Source of the DNA: Chrysomallon squamiferum
Lineage: Eukaryota > Animalia > Mollusca
DNA: 64,000 bases
Direction: 5' to 3'
Assembly (NCBI GenBank): GCA_012295275.1
Contig: CM022670.1
Span: 29,016,001-29,080,000 of the forward strand
Every line of letters starts with the position of its first letter. Positions within the stretch are counted from its first letter, which is position 1. A program made the translations under genes and the position numbers. This document shows positions 1-16,100 of the stretch, piece by piece. The notes beneath the pieces are model-generated. The model worked only from the letters and a program-made list of their open reading frames with translations, did no database searches and had not been told where the DNA came from.

Positions 1-144
1 TACGTACGCATGTACTGGCTATACAAAATGAGTACTTAGCGATGTTTTGTGCAAAACGAGTGTATTTGTTTATGAGTATGTTTAGCTGTTTGTATGTACG
101 TGTTCGAGAAGACGATTAGTGGATGCGCATGCAAACCGTCATAA

Positions 145-245
145 GCACATACATATATACATACATACAAACATACATACATACATACATACATAGATAC
201 ATATCTAGATACAAACGGACACACACACACACACACACACACATC
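145..245. repeat. Compound (TACA)n/(CA)n microsatellite
   Basis: Directly visible. Confidence 0.9.
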
Positions 246-1551
246 ACAAAACTTAAAAACACGTATTTACGACACTGTGTGTCACTAACACTATATTTAC
301 CGGTACATACAATGACTACTGCTACTGACTGACGTTTCCCACGCACAGGGCCCGTGTTGCTTACGAGATTCTTGTGTTGAGAGTAACTTGTAATAAACTG
401 TAACAACTGTTATTTACCGTTACACTACAAAGAAAAGAGGTGATCGTTGTACGTAATCACCGTTACGTTATGACATGTACCAATAGTATCTGGAGTGATC
501 ATCGTAGTAAAATCACAGATAGTTAGTCTGTTAGAATAGCTTTTATATTGTTGTAAATCCGTTTTAACTACTGTGACACAATGCAGTACCGTATTGAGTA
601 TAAGAAATAAAATCACAATCAAGTTAGTTTTAGAAAAGAAACTGTTCACCCACCGAGTAAAGCAAGACAAATGTTATAATTATTTTCATGCAGTGCCTCT
701 GAGATTTTGAACAACAAAAGTGCCATTAGCATCAACACCACAGCTGCAATAACAACAACAACGACGACGAAGACAACAATATCACTAACAACAGTAACAA
801 AAATTATTAATAATACAGCTACAGGTATTATGCATCCTCTTTCTATATTTATTTTCAACTGCACAGGGTTTCTCTATAACCTTAATGTAAGTTTAATGTT
901 ATTCTGACCGTAGTCAACGTTTTTTTTATATACACTAAGCATTCGCTGTTTTTGTTTTTTTGTTCAGGTAAGTCAGATATTCTTAATCTCACTATATTAT
1001 TGCTACAGCATTTCATGTTATCATAACTTTTCAGTTCGTTCTTTCTCTCGCTTATTCAGTTATCCATTCGTTCAGTCGCTCATACAATCACCTACCCAGT
1101 CAGTCAATCAGTCAATACAATCTTCCTGTGTTTTATGGGGAATCTCATGGTCACTGTGACTTTCAGTTCTTTCACTCACTGACTCACTACATTTTCATCT
1201 CATGTCAGCGTGACATTATTTTATCTTTACCGCAAGCTGACCACAGAGTTTATTCCGCTCGCTATTTGAATATGCTAACAAATTCCGCGCTTGACATCCT
1301 CTGACCGTGGTGCTAATTCTAAAACGTATCAATCTTAATTTGAATCTATCAACAGCAGAAAGGTGATATACAGCGCCAGTTAATTGGTTTTACAACCACA
1401 AGCAATATATCATTAAAAAGTCTGGAGAGTGAAAAAAAAAAAAAAAAAAAAACACCGACAAAACACAGTTAATATATATATTAGAAAAACTTTGTGCAAG
1501 AAATTCTGTTAAAAAACTTCAAATGCGAAAATAACTGTAACTTTCATCACA

Positions 1552-1584
<33 letters not shown>

Positions 1585-2029
1585 TCATACCATTTGGGAG
1601 TGCAATCAGTAAGTTACACGGTAATAACAGCTTTCTGTCGAGAGAAGCCTACTGATAATTTGGTATTAATAAATAAACATTAGATAATAATCAACTGATA
1701 AAAACTCCCAAGGTACAAACTCAGAGTCACAAAATGGAGTTCTGTTAATATGAATAGTTTTCTTACAAGCTGAGACGTTTAGTCTGAAGAAACTAAGCAA
1801 GAAATCCCATCTGGGCACTCATTAAAGTATTTATCATATATATTGCATTTATTTATTACACTCAAACACACACACACACATATATATATTTATATACGGC
1901 ATACATCTTTTAAGCAAACAAACATACGCAAACAGATACGTAATTCGATACAACCATATGCATCTATAAAATTAATAACAACAACTACAACATAACCACC
2001 ACCATCACACCACCACCACCACCATCTCC

Positions 2030-2065
<36 letters not shown>

Positions 2066-3203
2066 AATAATAATAAACAGAACGTCAGCCTCTGGTCGGT
2101 TATAATTTTCGTCACATGCTGACAACTGAGCCGTCAGCCGGTATTGTTTTAGCTTGAACGACAACGGAAAAATAATCATCACAAAGGTGCCGCCGCCGTC
2201 GTTGTGTTGAGCAAATCGGTGCCAGTGGCCCCAGTGACACGCGAATGAACTCTGGTTAATCGTCAAATCGTTTTGTAATTTACATTTTAGCTGCTAACGA
2301 CAGTTTTAATGTGTTTCTTCACTGAGGTGAAAGGTGAAAAAAGAAACGTTTTAACACTGGGCAAGTGCAAGCAGCTGTAACCATATCACGGCTTAGGGAA
2401 GTAGCGCCAGTCTCTTACTTACTGCATTCTGTGTGTGCAAAGTCGCTGGACGTCTTAAGTAGATTTTATTTCTGGAAATTCTGTGACATTGACTTCTAAA
2501 TTATTTCTTTATTTCTTTAGTCATCCACTTATATATATATATATATATATACTTCTGCACTGAAATGGCCGCTGGCAGTGCAAACTGGGTATCGTACACA
2601 AATTAATAGCGACAATAAAAACAAACGTTTTAAACATTATAAGAAATTAACAGTTAGTCTTTTCTTTTTTCCTTTAAAGTATAAGGTTAGATTTATTCAT
2701 TATGTTGACAGAAATAGGTGAAATTCATACCAAAGACTTGTGGTTTTTTTTAATGGTCTCTTGTTTACAGTCAAAAACTGTACCTGAAAGAAAGTGGCAT
2801 TTAAGATAAATATGTACATGTATTTTGTTTCTCTGAGCCGGTTAAACAACATTTTTATCAGTGTGTTTGTAAACAGACATTGCAGGATTTCTACATCAAT
2901 CTAAACACTATCTCTCACTATCACAGGAGTTGTAATTACTGCTACCTTTAACCTTAATGTATCTTCGTTCTTTGGGAGGTTTCTTTATACTGTTATCCAC
3001 AGAGATAACTTACTAACATATCATCCTTGCTTTTCATTTAAAAGAGAAGAATTAAGATGTTCTGCTTCTCGGTTGCTTGTTCTCAGACTGTCAGTGTGTT
3101 TGTGAGGTTTCTGTACTTTTTGTGCTGGGTGTTATTTGTTTCTCTAAGTATTATCATCATCATATTTATCTCTATCTACATGTATATATATATATATATA
3201 TCT

Positions 3204-3331
<128 letters not shown>

Positions 3332-4663
3332 TTCTTTTCTGCTTCACTTTCACACAATCACTGTAAATATTACCTTAATTAGTACATTATGTCGATTATG
3401 CATTAATCTTGTATTCAAAGTAAATAAAAAAAAAGAAAAAGAAACTTGTTTTTCTCGATTCAACCAATAATCTAATATATTGTTAAAATGATCGATGAGT
3501 TAGAACTGTCAGCAATAATAATATGATGTTGTTTACTTCTCGTTTTAACAACAGGTAAGCATCTTGACAAGAAATAGTGAGATATCTCTGTCTGAAATAA
3601 ACACGGTGTTTTGTTGTGAATATTACATCATCACCATCATCATCAACAACAACAGAATCAGCATGAATACTGAAAACATCGACTACATTACGAAGTAAAA
3701 TATATTCCCTTTTCCCTGTATCAATATTACAATACATTGTAACAAAGGCATGTTCTCTCTAATTTAGACTATATCACTTTTTTAAAAAGAGGAGATATCT
3801 CTTTACTCCAGTAAACATTTAAATCTTCTAATTTCTTATCATTATAAGGAAAGAAACGTACTGAAGACATGATGAAAAAAAATATAAGGACGGTATGGTT
3901 ATACTTTATCAAAACAGTTAAATGCTATTGTAAACCTATAAAACCAGTTACACTCGGCATTGTAATCTTCATCAAATATAATTACTTACGACAGCTGTCA
4001 CCACTGCCTATCTCACCGGCCAGGTAAGTCAACAAAGTATTTATTTAACGATATCGCCGAACATCAGACGTTTATGTGACAAACCATCGTCCATTATAAT
4101 GTTTACAGCGGACCTGTATTGATGTGTAAGCGAATAAGTCAAAACAGACTGAGGGTCATGGCCTTTTTTTCTTTTTTTTTCTATTTCTTTTTTTTTTTTT
4201 TTCTGTATGTTTTGTTTTGATCCATTAGCGACGCGGTTCGTTGAATAGGTACTGACAGAGATTCCTCGAAAATTTCGGCTAAGAGAAGGGTCTACATTTT
4301 GCAATTAGCTTTTTCTGCAGTTTTTATCTAAGTTATTTCCCGTTCCAGTCATGGTAAAATGGTTCTTGAAATGAGCTAACGATTTATATATAACTACAAT
4401 CTTAGCACAAGAAAAAGAAAAAGAAAAAGAAAAAAAGAATCATGAAATATATAATGAATAATAATAGCAGCAACGAATAGATGAAACATATCATGGATAA
4501 TAATCTTTGCTTTTAGTCTGTGATGTAATAAAGTTATGAAATTTCTTTTTCTTTTCAGATGTTCAGATCAGATAAATGGGTATAACCGCTTCGCAGACAA
4601 AACATATTTTATTTGATTTATTGCTCTTTTCTTTTATCTTGTTTATTTCTGTTTATCATTATA

Positions 4664-4694
4664 GTTGTTGCTGTTGTTGTTGTTGTTATTGTTA

Positions 4695-4756
<62 letters not shown>

Positions 4757-4776
4757 GTTGTTGTTGTTGTTGTTGT
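4664..4776. repeat. Compound (GTT)n/(AAT)n/(ATT)n microsatellite
   Basis: Directly visible. Confidence 0.9.
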
Positions 4777-7700
4777 CATTAGTATTATTTATGTACTTAT
4801 TTATTTATTTTTCGTATAAAGCTTTTTTTGTACATCGTGGTTGAAACCTTGTTGGAAAATTACCAAGTTGTTTGTTTTCTCAGTTTTAGAAATATCAGCG
4901 CCAACATTAATTGTCTGTGTCTACCTAATCGGCAATTATAAAAAAAAAAAAAAAAAAAAGAGACAAAAAAGTTAAAAATAACTCCTCACAATAACATTGG
5001 CTTCATGATTACCTCCACTACACAAGGCAATAATTGTTTTTAAAATTTTTTTAAATAAAATAAAATAAAATAAACATTTTGTGATTAAACATTTAACATT
5101 CGAGATCTTAACCTTTAGATAAGAAAGGCATGTGACCAGTTCCGTAAATAAGTCGTGAAATTGCGGCGATGAGATATCATCTACTCAGACTGCTTGTCGT
5201 CTGACGAAGTCAGTTGCCGTCTGCTTCTCGAGTTCTTTTTTATCAAGAAGGCCGTCAGGGTTACTTTAGCTTCGTTGTTGCAGTTCCAAACATCTGCGTC
5301 GTGGCAAAGAAAGCTGTCGCCGTGCAGTCATTAACGGTCCGTAAATTTCCAGTGCTAAGAGTTTGTTATCGCTGTTTGTAACTTATAGGTCGAAAGACAA
5401 GACCAATAAAACTGCAGAAGAGAGACTGTTTTAAGATCTTTATAAAACTGATGTCATCTGTGTGGGAAAAATTTTTTTTTTAATTTTTTTAAGTGCATAT
5501 AAACTAAATGTAGGATTTTTAAATTAATTTTTTTTAAATTATTATTATTATTATTATTTAATCTACGGTTATATCTCGTTATACGTATTATTAATTAAGG
5601 ACCGATCAAATAATGATAATATATATATTCTTTTATCTTCCATCATCTGCTGTAATAACATAACATTATAGTGGTGTAAATAAAAATAATTAATAATCTA
5701 ACAGGTTAACTTAATCATTTTTTCTGGATTGATTCACCATAATAAGCTAGCTTAACTAAAATGATATGTGTTTGGCATTTTAAATCTTTGTTTTGGCAGT
5801 TTAAATGTATGTAAGTATGTATAATGTGTATATGTGTATATCTGTGTCTATATATATGCATATATTTGTATACGTATAGATTATATGCGTGCGTATATGT
5901 CCAAGATCCAAACAAATGATTCAGAAAGACAAATGCAGCCTATGCTGGAGTAGCTGCTTTATGTAAACAGTTTATTCTGCGTTCACGAAATCTTATAACA
6001 ATAAACTGAATTAGGAAATGGAAATTGCAGCTTTCGGAACAAGTTCGATCGGTCAGTTCTCCGGGCTATTTGAGCAGATCTGCTTTGTGGCTTGCTTTCT
6101 GCAGGCTGCACAAAGTCTGGAAAAGTTATCTTTGCGGTTTCCGTGGTAGACTCTTTTGTCTTTTTATTATTTGATACCACTGCCCTGAACGACCCACTCA
6201 GTCAATCAATCAACCATTTTGAAACTTCAGCGGAGGTTCCACCGTGTCTGTGTTAATCGTTTAATCCAGAAGCAAGGTCGTCGTCTGATGAAGACAAAAT
6301 AAACGTCTGGCGATTCTTTGTAGACAGTGTAGTGGGCTAATATATCTAGAATTTAATCTGGTTAGCAGTAGTTGATTACATGATGTATCATTCTTAAAGA
6401 AAATGTCTAGGTTTTCTGTCTTAAGACCATTGTATGTAAAGCTATGTCACATATTTTGATTTAAGAGAAAAATATATTAGAATTATGTTGAACTAGAAAT
6501 AGATATACATCTTATGCCATCGAACTTATAGTTTGAAGAATCGAAATGATTATATTATTCTTAATGAATTAATAATAATTTTTAAAATTAAAAAAAATAA
6601 CCTTTATTTACACCAAGGAGTCACATAATTCATATTTTTGAATAAATCTTAGAGAGGAATCCAATAAATAAGAAGAACATTTTTATATGTATCATCTCAG
6701 AAATAGATAAGCAAGTTCCAAAACTTTTGAGAACTTAATCGTGATCTACTGATTTCAACCTAAGCTGTTTAGTCAAAAGTATTAGCTTTTTAGCTCTATC
6801 ATTCTTCACACAGGTTCTCTATTACAACGCTATTTCATTACAATTAATCTATTACAAGTCTCGATCCCACAAGCGGCTGTGCACCCTGCAGGCTGGTATT
6901 AAGCTGCGATGAGACTAATCGGGTAATGTTATCTTTGTGCTGACGCATCGTAAAACATTCATTCATTAATTCAAGCTACATCCTGTACTCGTAAAATGTG
7001 TAAAGGAATGCCTACGTCAAACAAGTAAGGAGAATCTATTCGATGTAACAACACATTGAAGATTGTCATCTGCCCATTAAAGATCACGATGAAGTCAAAA
7101 GAAGTGTAAAATACTACAATTGTCACGACTCGGCGTATCTGAATTTTTTTTACAATAGGAAGCCACACAACCCAAACAATATCCCAGCATCACTCTGAAC
7201 TGGTGTAGTGTCTCGTCTTCTGCTTTTGTAGCCTTACGTCGGTCAAGCGCCCTCTACATCAAAAACTAAACAATGCTGTCTACGAATTTCGCGAAGTGGA
7301 CGAACATCTGGTGCTATTTTGTGACCCGCTGGTCAGAATCTGCTGGATCAAGCATGTACAAAATGTTTTGGGAGATCAGGGGGTTTATGATCGTGCGGAC
7401 ACAATTACTAATTTCTGGAGTTTAAAAAAATAACTTATTATCAGCAGGGTGTGAGGAATTATGATAAGTCAACAGTGTGCCATGACTTAAAGACAAATAT
7501 GTAGGTATTTCTGAAAACAGTTTTTTTTCACTTTGAAAATATTTAAGAACGTGTTAATACGTCTTAATGTCTTCAAAGGATAAGAATTTCGTTTTTAAAG
7601 AAATTCAGATTAGTTCAGGCGTACAATAAATAAAGGTAATGTTTCGTTTTATTTTGCTTTATCTCTCTAGAGAGAGAGAGACTGTTTTGTTTAGTTCCCT

Positions 7701-8237
7701 TTCCAAAACTATTTGCACAACAAAATATATTACATAGTCTAATCACTTCTAACTTTTTAATGTACTAATACTGATAAAGAAAGAAGAAAAAGACAATAAA
7801 AGGAAGAAATATTAAACAAACAAAAAATTGAATTATTATTTTTAAATTCTGTAAGAAAGGAAGGAAGAAAGAAAGAAAGAAAGAAAGAAAAAAAGAAAGA
7901 AAGACTGAAAGCAAACAGAAGGAGATAATATAAATCAGATTTTAAATCTAATTCGCACAACAAAGTACAATACTGAACAAAATACCTTGAATTTTTTTTC
8001 ACATTTTTTAAAGTTTATGTGTATGTGAACTGTTCGGTGATTGATAAGATTTCTGTTGTTGTAATGCTGTAGCTGACTACACATACTCAGAATTCGTCAG
8101 CACCATGCAAATCATATTAGCAGTTATAGAATTTACATAGTTAGACAGACCAATATATCACTAAGCGCCGGTGATATAAAAAGTTTCTCGTATTCATGAC
8201 AGATCACTTCAGATTTATTTGTCACAATTTACTGTAG

Positions 8238-8242
<5 letters not shown>

Positions 8243-8332
<90 letters not shown>
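8243..8332. repeat. (GA)n microsatellite
   Basis: Directly visible. Confidence 0.95.
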
Positions 8333-8335
<3 letters not shown>

Positions 8336-10621
8336 ATATGTACTAAAAGAGAAAATAAAAATAAAACGATTTTTTTTTTTTTTTTTTTTATCTTATTGCA
8401 TAGTCACGAAAGTGTGTAGTTATGAAAAAAAGAAAGCAATACGTTGTCGGCAGTGTATGTTAATCACGGGGAGAACGATCTGACACATGAAGAACAAAAA
8501 CAGTAAGTCAAACTAAAACCAAGTTGAAATAAAGTTCACGATTTGAAAATACTGATGTGCATTCCTCAAGCATGTTTTTCCCGACTTATGATGTATGGCT
8601 AAATTCCAGGATCGGACTTGCCGGCGGTTCATAGCGGCAATGTGTTCTCTTCTTCCATGTCAATCGCGCCTCCATGTGCAGCTCTTGTCACTTCGCGTTG
8701 TCTCTGTTGTTAATTTATGTTAGGCGTGGCTTTCTTGTCAAAACAACTGCTTTTCTGAGACAGGTATGACATATCCACCTTATTAATTATTCAACAATTT
8801 TTGTGCGCGTCAGCAAAACAGGGAAACACACGAACCATGTTGACATTTAAAATATAATAAATGCTGTTGAGGACTAATAGGTGACATCGAACATTTTTGT
8901 AAGATTTTGTTTATTTATTGTGGTGATTGTTGTTGTTGTTGTTTAAAAGAAATAAAGTGATTGATAATTACTGCCTGAAGTTTTATTTTATATTTATTTA
9001 TACATGTGTTGTTTGTTTTTGAATGTTTTATAAACACATATCACATTAATGCAAACACGTACGCATGGATGGATGGATGTATAACTACGTAAGACATTTG
9101 TAAATAAATTGCCAACACTTGCTGCATGAGAGACTGGTGTTAATAATTGCTTTCTCCTCAGGACACGAGAAAGAAAGTTATATTTAGTATAATGTACTAA
9201 CACAGTTGATAAACTGCGTGATGTCGTCGTCTGCTGATACAAATGTTTAAATTCGGCTCAAGACGCCAAACGTCGTTAGTGTCCGTGTATCACGCTATAC
9301 CTCGCCAGACACCAGACGTTTCCTGTTCATTAATTCTGCTTGAAAACACGAACTTGGTTTACTTGCTGTGTCTGATAATATGTCAATATAACAAATCTAC
9401 CGACTCGTTGTAATTACAACTTATTGTGTGATGTTTTTGACCACGGTACTAAACAGGAGACGTCTAAAGAAGGTCACTGGGAGGGGAAATTAAGCCTTTG
9501 CAAAAACAGAAGGAACCGTCAGCCTTATTTGAGAACCATCTTTAATAGAAATTTAAGAAACAAAGAATTTTAATATATATTGTAATATTACATACATATG
9601 TCCAGCAGTTACACTATCAATCTTTTAAATATTATTGGACGTAATAGTTTCCGCCTAATTTGGTCATTTATTTTAATTACAGTAATTATCTTTGAGATTA
9701 AGATGACGTACGTGCGTGCTTGTGCGTACTGCTTTGAAGTGATTGCATTTGCCTTGATGAGGCTAATTCTACAAATAGTCGAATCATTTACATGTATCAA
9801 ATGTCTATTGCTTGCTTCGCTACTACTGGGGTCACCCTAACAGTGCTGTGAGACTGATGTGTTCTTATTAATCTTCTATGTATTATTAGCGGGTTGTTAG
9901 TGCAAAGATGCTGGAATACGCTCTGAAAGCTGTAAACTGGTAAGAGAGATTGGTACAGAGGAAGTTCGGGAAGTTCAATCTCGATTAACCTTTAACTCCT
10001 TACGCTATAAAAATGTTTCATCTTTTTTTATTATTATTATTTTTTTTATTATTATTTATTTATTTAACTTTTATTTTTATTTTTATAACCTTACCTTTAA
10101 CCTAAATAACAGTTAACTTAAAATAAGATGCAAATTAAATCTCCATCGCTTACAGTTATATGACACTTAATGTAAAATATATCAGAAGCATTTAACTTCT
10201 GCAGTATAAAGCTGTTGATGAGTGTAACTAAAAGTCTTTTGCGTGATATGCACGGAGTCACGGGAATCAGTTAACGTCACTGTGGGAAGTGGTTTCAATG
10301 ATGATGTGTTTGGTTAACCTGACCATGTAACGCACGAACTCATTAACATTACGTAAGTTTTCTTTTATCCGTGACCCCACATCCTGGATTGCCAATTAAC
10401 AGCTTCAGCGTGTTTAATCATCAGCAGCTATAAAACGAACCCCAGATTTAATCATTCTGGGTCATGAAGCTTACTGCTAATAATTTTCAAGGATATTTTC
10501 AGTATGGTATAAAGTAGACAACGATACATATTTAGATGAAAATTAATTTTGACTTTTATTTTGTCTTATTAAGATTAATGCAACTCCTGTGTTTTGGTAA
10601 GCGCTTGTCATCAATATGCAT

Positions 10622-10623
<2 letters not shown>

Positions 10624-10667
<44 letters not shown>
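10624..10667. repeat. (CA)n microsatellite
   Basis: Directly visible. Confidence 0.95.
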
Positions 10668-10669
<2 letters not shown>

Positions 10670-11914
10670 TTTGTATCAATGAATGTAAATTCTCTTATTT
10701 AATTATGCTTCCAGCTTTATATCAAGAAATATTTTCAGCCACATACAGTTGTAAATATTTTAACTATTACTGACAAGATGACAACATACCTTTTTCAATC
10801 TTATTTTTTTTTTTTTTTTTTTGTTGACACGTAAATAAACTTCTAATAAAAAAACTGCAAATAGGTACATATATAAATAAATTAACAGATTGAATATACC
10901 AAACTATTGTTTACTGACTCTCCTATTTAAAATACAAATAATAGAACTGATCAAATATATAATCTAAATATACCTAGTGTGACTCATATGAACGTGCGCA
11001 GAGTATATACACGTGTTAATTCTTTGATATAGTATCATGATGTTGATTATTATTTTAAAAGCTTTTTGTAAATCCAGAGATAATTATTAGCCGTAATGTG
11101 TATTAAAAATAAGTTGTGTATGTGTGTGTAATACATACATACATACACACATACACACATACATGCATACATACATACATACATACAAATATACATGTAA
11201 GCATATGTAAGTAGAAACACAAACAAAATATAGATATATGTACACAATAATTTACACACATGCACGTTCATGTAAATAGTATTGGTAAAAATTTAAATAA
11301 TGTGATACCCTTGATAAATTTCAGAAGGAAATACCCCATTTCGAAAACGTCAAAAGCCTAAGGAACTGCTTTGGTTTATCTGAAGAAGGAAATTCGATAC
11401 AGCTCTCCGATAACGTATCTTTTAATTGCTACTTTTAGCTCGAGGTATGTTATCTCGTGTCGAAAATAATTCCACATCGTTTATATTTTAAAATGTTTTC
11501 ATAGATTAAAGAAACGTTGCTGCTCATGTGTCCCCCACATTGCAAGTCCGGTTTTACTGTTTCTCTTTCGCCACACTCTGATTCGAGCACAAAAAACTTA
11601 TAAGAGCTAATTGCACCAGATGTATATAAAAACTAATTATCTCCCTTTGACGGCCTCTCATTCTCAAGAGTTTAGAAGGTGTGAAAGTTACATAACTCCT
11701 GCGCGCCATTGCAAGCCGAAAGCCGAGAAAGCTGACCGCAGATGCGCCTGCTTATAATTACCTACCTTCTGATGTGTCAATCACAATGTGCCCGAGCCGA
11801 GAATGCCATAGATCATGTCCTTTAACATCGACAGAATTTAAAATATTAAGTGTTTAGATGAGTTATTACTGTCACACTCGGTTTAATTATTTGTATAGCC
11901 ATAATTGCAAAATA

Positions 11915-11946
<32 letters not shown>

Positions 11947-13127
11947 GCGTGCGCTCGCGCAAAGGGTGTATAGATGTTTAATATAACGATAAAATATATA
12001 TGATTCATGTATATACACACACACGCATGCACCTACACCTATACATAATATACGTTTCACAACATGACCTTCAAATGACATTTAACAAACCGACAAATAC
12101 CAAATGGTCTAGAGTTAAAAAATTGTAAATATTTATCAGAAGAAAAAAGATGTCACTAAAGCATACCCTCTGGAACATTTGTGACAGATCGAACTTTTAA
12201 CCACTTGACAAAAACTAAAATAATTTATTAGAAAAAGTTGGTGTTAATCTAGATGACCATCAGAATTCTCTGACACTCAGCTGATTATGTTTCCTTGAGT
12301 GAATCAGTGAATTATGGTTTGTCCACTTCTTTAAACTAGTTATCTACAATATAGTCTTTTTTTCTTTTCTTTTTCTCTCCTTTTTTATGGGTTTTTTGAT
12401 TTTCGACAAATCTGTGAAATAAAATCATTTTTATACTCGTTTGTTAGCTGTTTGCATTGTTGTTTGTTTGTTTTCTTTTTTTATTATTATTATTTTTTTA
12501 ATTTATTTTGTTATATTTTACTGTAACAATATTTATTAGTAGTAATAGTAATAGTTGCAACAACATTACGAATGCTAGTAGTACTATTAATAATAGCACC
12601 AGTAATAAAGCTTGTTGTTTGTGCAGTAGCAGAGCTGTTAATGTTCTTGTTTGGGTTTTGTGTTATTGTGAAATAACAATGTAATCAATCTGAAAGTTTT
12701 TCAGATTTTTTAATATCACCCGTTCCCGGTGACTCAAACTCAGTGTGTAAACTTCGTGTTATAGCGCTCCACTCTCGCGATATAAACTTCAACAACCAAA
12801 AAGTTCAGGTCAATATTACAGCAAATCAAAATGCAATGCAAACAATTCGTTCATGTGCAGAATGCGCTGCTAGAAAGCATTGTGTGTTGTGTACATTTTA
12901 CATAACGGCTGATCGAATGTTTACAAGTGGTAATAACACACAACATGTACAAATATTTGTTTTGTAATTCAAAGTATTGAAATGTTTTAACGAATGGAGA
13001 AAAATAACGGTTAGACACACACAGCTAGGTTTGCAGAGTTTGTCTGCGATTCTGAAATATCGGGTTTTGTTAAACGTTATTCCATGTATTCTACAGATTT
13101 CGTTTCATTTTATTTCTAAAAAAAAAC

Positions 13128-13158
<31 letters not shown>

Positions 13159-16100
13159 TGTATCTTAGCTGCTTTTTATGCTGTTATTTAAGTTCACGTT
13201 TATAACGTCTTATCGTCCTGGCGATGATGATGATGATGATAATATCACAGGTAAGTAATTCTCAAAGTGGCTATAATAATAATAATAATAACAATAATAT
13301 AACGAATGTGATTCATTCCCAGTTCATTCAAACACAGTTATACAAAGGAAAGATGAATCACAATACAAGAAAATAAGAGTTCAGTTGTTTTTTTGTGTTT
13401 TTTTTTTTCAACCGTAAAGCTTAACACTAAAGTGAACTGTACAGAACTTTTACATTGTATTCTGTTTTCCTTGTCTTGTTTGACAACAGACACGACTAAG
13501 GCTTGTAGCTACGCATGAGCACGCGATGGTTTATTCCAGCTGTCAAAGTCACTAAACAGATGATGAAATAACCGATCCAGCTACCATGAAGTTCTTTCTA
13601 TTCTCTCTCCGCGGAATTATGTCACAAGGAATGACGAGAGGCTGTCGTGCTGCCAGTGTTGAAACTCTTCACGAAGATCGTGATCAGTCTGATGGACTGG
13701 GTCATACGGTGTGGATTTTCATGCACGGCTAAAAGCGATGTTACGCACACGTACTAAATGTTTCACATCTAATTAACGTGACATTGGTCCTTGTCCATCA
13801 CATCGTATTCTGGAACACTGGAGGGAGGCCTTTTACATTCCTCTTGGCATGGATGGTGGTGAGATATGAAAATTGCTCCATGATCGAATTTCATGCCGAG
13901 GGAACAAGCATAGATTTCAACTCTCAAAAATTACAGGTCTCGCTCCCGTTTTAATTAAAGTTGAAAGAAGCTATGCATGCCTGCTTTATTGGATGTGGAA
14001 TTTCACAGCACCTGCATCATGTTGATACTCTGTTTTTATCAGATTGGGCATTAATACGTTGTAAAGATATTTCAAATATTCCAGTATCGACAATGGTGAT
14101 GGTATTCTGAAACTGTTTTCATGACGGTAGAGGGTTTCGAGTTTTACGCGGCAGGATACTAAAAACAATCACTTTTGACAATAAAATGCGCTTTTTTTAA
14201 TTGAAAAATAAATAAATCTTTTTTCTTTTTTCTTTACGTTTTTTCTGTTATTATTATTATTATTATTGTTACTATTATTTGTATTTTTTTTTAATTAAAT
14301 TTATTTTTATTAAATTTAATTTTATTAGTTGGTTTTGGAGTTGGTGTGTATCTTCTCTTATAATTGAAACAATGAAACGTTTATATGCTTGTTCTTCTTG
14401 TTACAACTAGAGTCAGACTGAAAGTTACATGATGTTGGGTACCTTTTATATCTTATATATGAGCGATACATCATTTCCACGTTTATTATATTTAACAAAA
14501 CTTCCATCCACTATTTGCTTAAAATGAATTTACTTAAAGCAGTTTTCTCTCAAATTCGAAATACTTCAGTTTGTTTCGCTTGTTGAATTCCAAAATGTCA
14601 CCTTATTTACGGTATTTCTACCTTAAACATTTCCTTGGAAAGACGCGGCAATACTTGTATTAACTTTAATGTCGGAAGCCGTCGTCTTAATTAAATGTAA
14701 CTTCCTCGGTGATCGGATGATCAAACATGGCGGGCCTGCGACAATCCGTGATGGCGAACCAGACGTGTCTTGTCCACGTCTTCCGTGTTTACCATCGTCT
14801 TTTCCCTCACACAAGAGGTTACCATGGTCATTCAGGGATAAATGGAATCCTTGATCAGCCTGGGAATAATATTGTCATGGTGGTTTTAAGGTGTATTCTT
14901 TTGTGTCAGACTGTTTGAGAAAGTTAATGTCAGTTTACACAATGATGTGACAAGAGGTGAATATCACGAGAGACCGTCACGATTATTCAAAGGTAAATTG
15001 GAATCACTGAAGTGTTTGGGAATTATACTGTTTTTTGTATTGTGAAGATTTTTTTTTTTTTTTTCCACGAGTGAATATGAAGAAACAATATAAAGTTTAG
15101 TCAATGTTGAATGGATCGGCCTGAGGAATAATAATTAGTTGATATTTTTAAGCTGCATCGATCATTTTCATAGAGAAGGTTAATATCACATTATACAATG
15201 ATGAGACAGTGATTGCGACATAATGATTAATATGCGAGTAAGTATTACGATAGTTTAATCAACATTAGGTGAATAGTTCAGAAATCATAAATTTTTATGT
15301 AATCGTCAGGTGAAAAAGAAGATATTGTAAGATCTGTATAAATATCTTAACGAATGATTTCTAATCCAGAATTCACCATTTCATAATCGTTATAGTAAAA
15401 CAATCATACCAAACCAACGAGGAAAAAAAATAAACAAAAAACGACAAAAGTTACAAGACCAGCCTTTGAGTAGCTTTTTAAAGAAAGTTAACATGTCTGT
15501 GACAAAAGTATTTATATACACTGTACGTCCTAACAGGACCAAACTTTTGAACAATTCTCATCTTAGGACAAGTGGGACGTCCATATTGCAAAGAAGGACA
15601 ATTTTTAAAAAAGCACGTTTTATGACTACGTATCTGACACCGTCGTCGTCTCCAGTACGACCATCGCAGTCACAACAACGACAACGACGGTTATTCTAAC
15701 ACAGTATTCATCTCTAGTTATTCCTTTACTTCAGCGCTGAAAATACGTCAACACAACGCCATTCTCGAACAATGTTTGTCCTGACCGCAAGTGAGGATGA
15801 AAAATGCTCCCGACAGTCACGTTGCAGCGCGAAGCCCCTGTAACAGACGTCATCGCAGAAGCTGCTGGTTGTCGTGTCCGACATTCCAATAACAGAGTGC
15901 ACCTCAAACAAGAAATAATTGGCATAAACAGCCAGTATGTGTTAAACACACTTCGAGGTCAGTGTCATGGTATTTGTGTATGTGTTAGTATTGTTTTTGT
16001 TGTTTTCTCGCAATAGCTTGACAAGACCGCATATCGCCAATGTATATCAGAATGTAATGCTCTTTTCTTTTTCTTTTTATTGTTTTTGGTTTTTATGTCT

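Noticed and set aside
14623-14918. Three overlapping ~62-aa ORFs in a GC-richer block (similar clusters at 15466-16016 and 17872-18446)
   Set aside because: Expected by chance where GC is higher; no motifs, splice support or recognisable homology.
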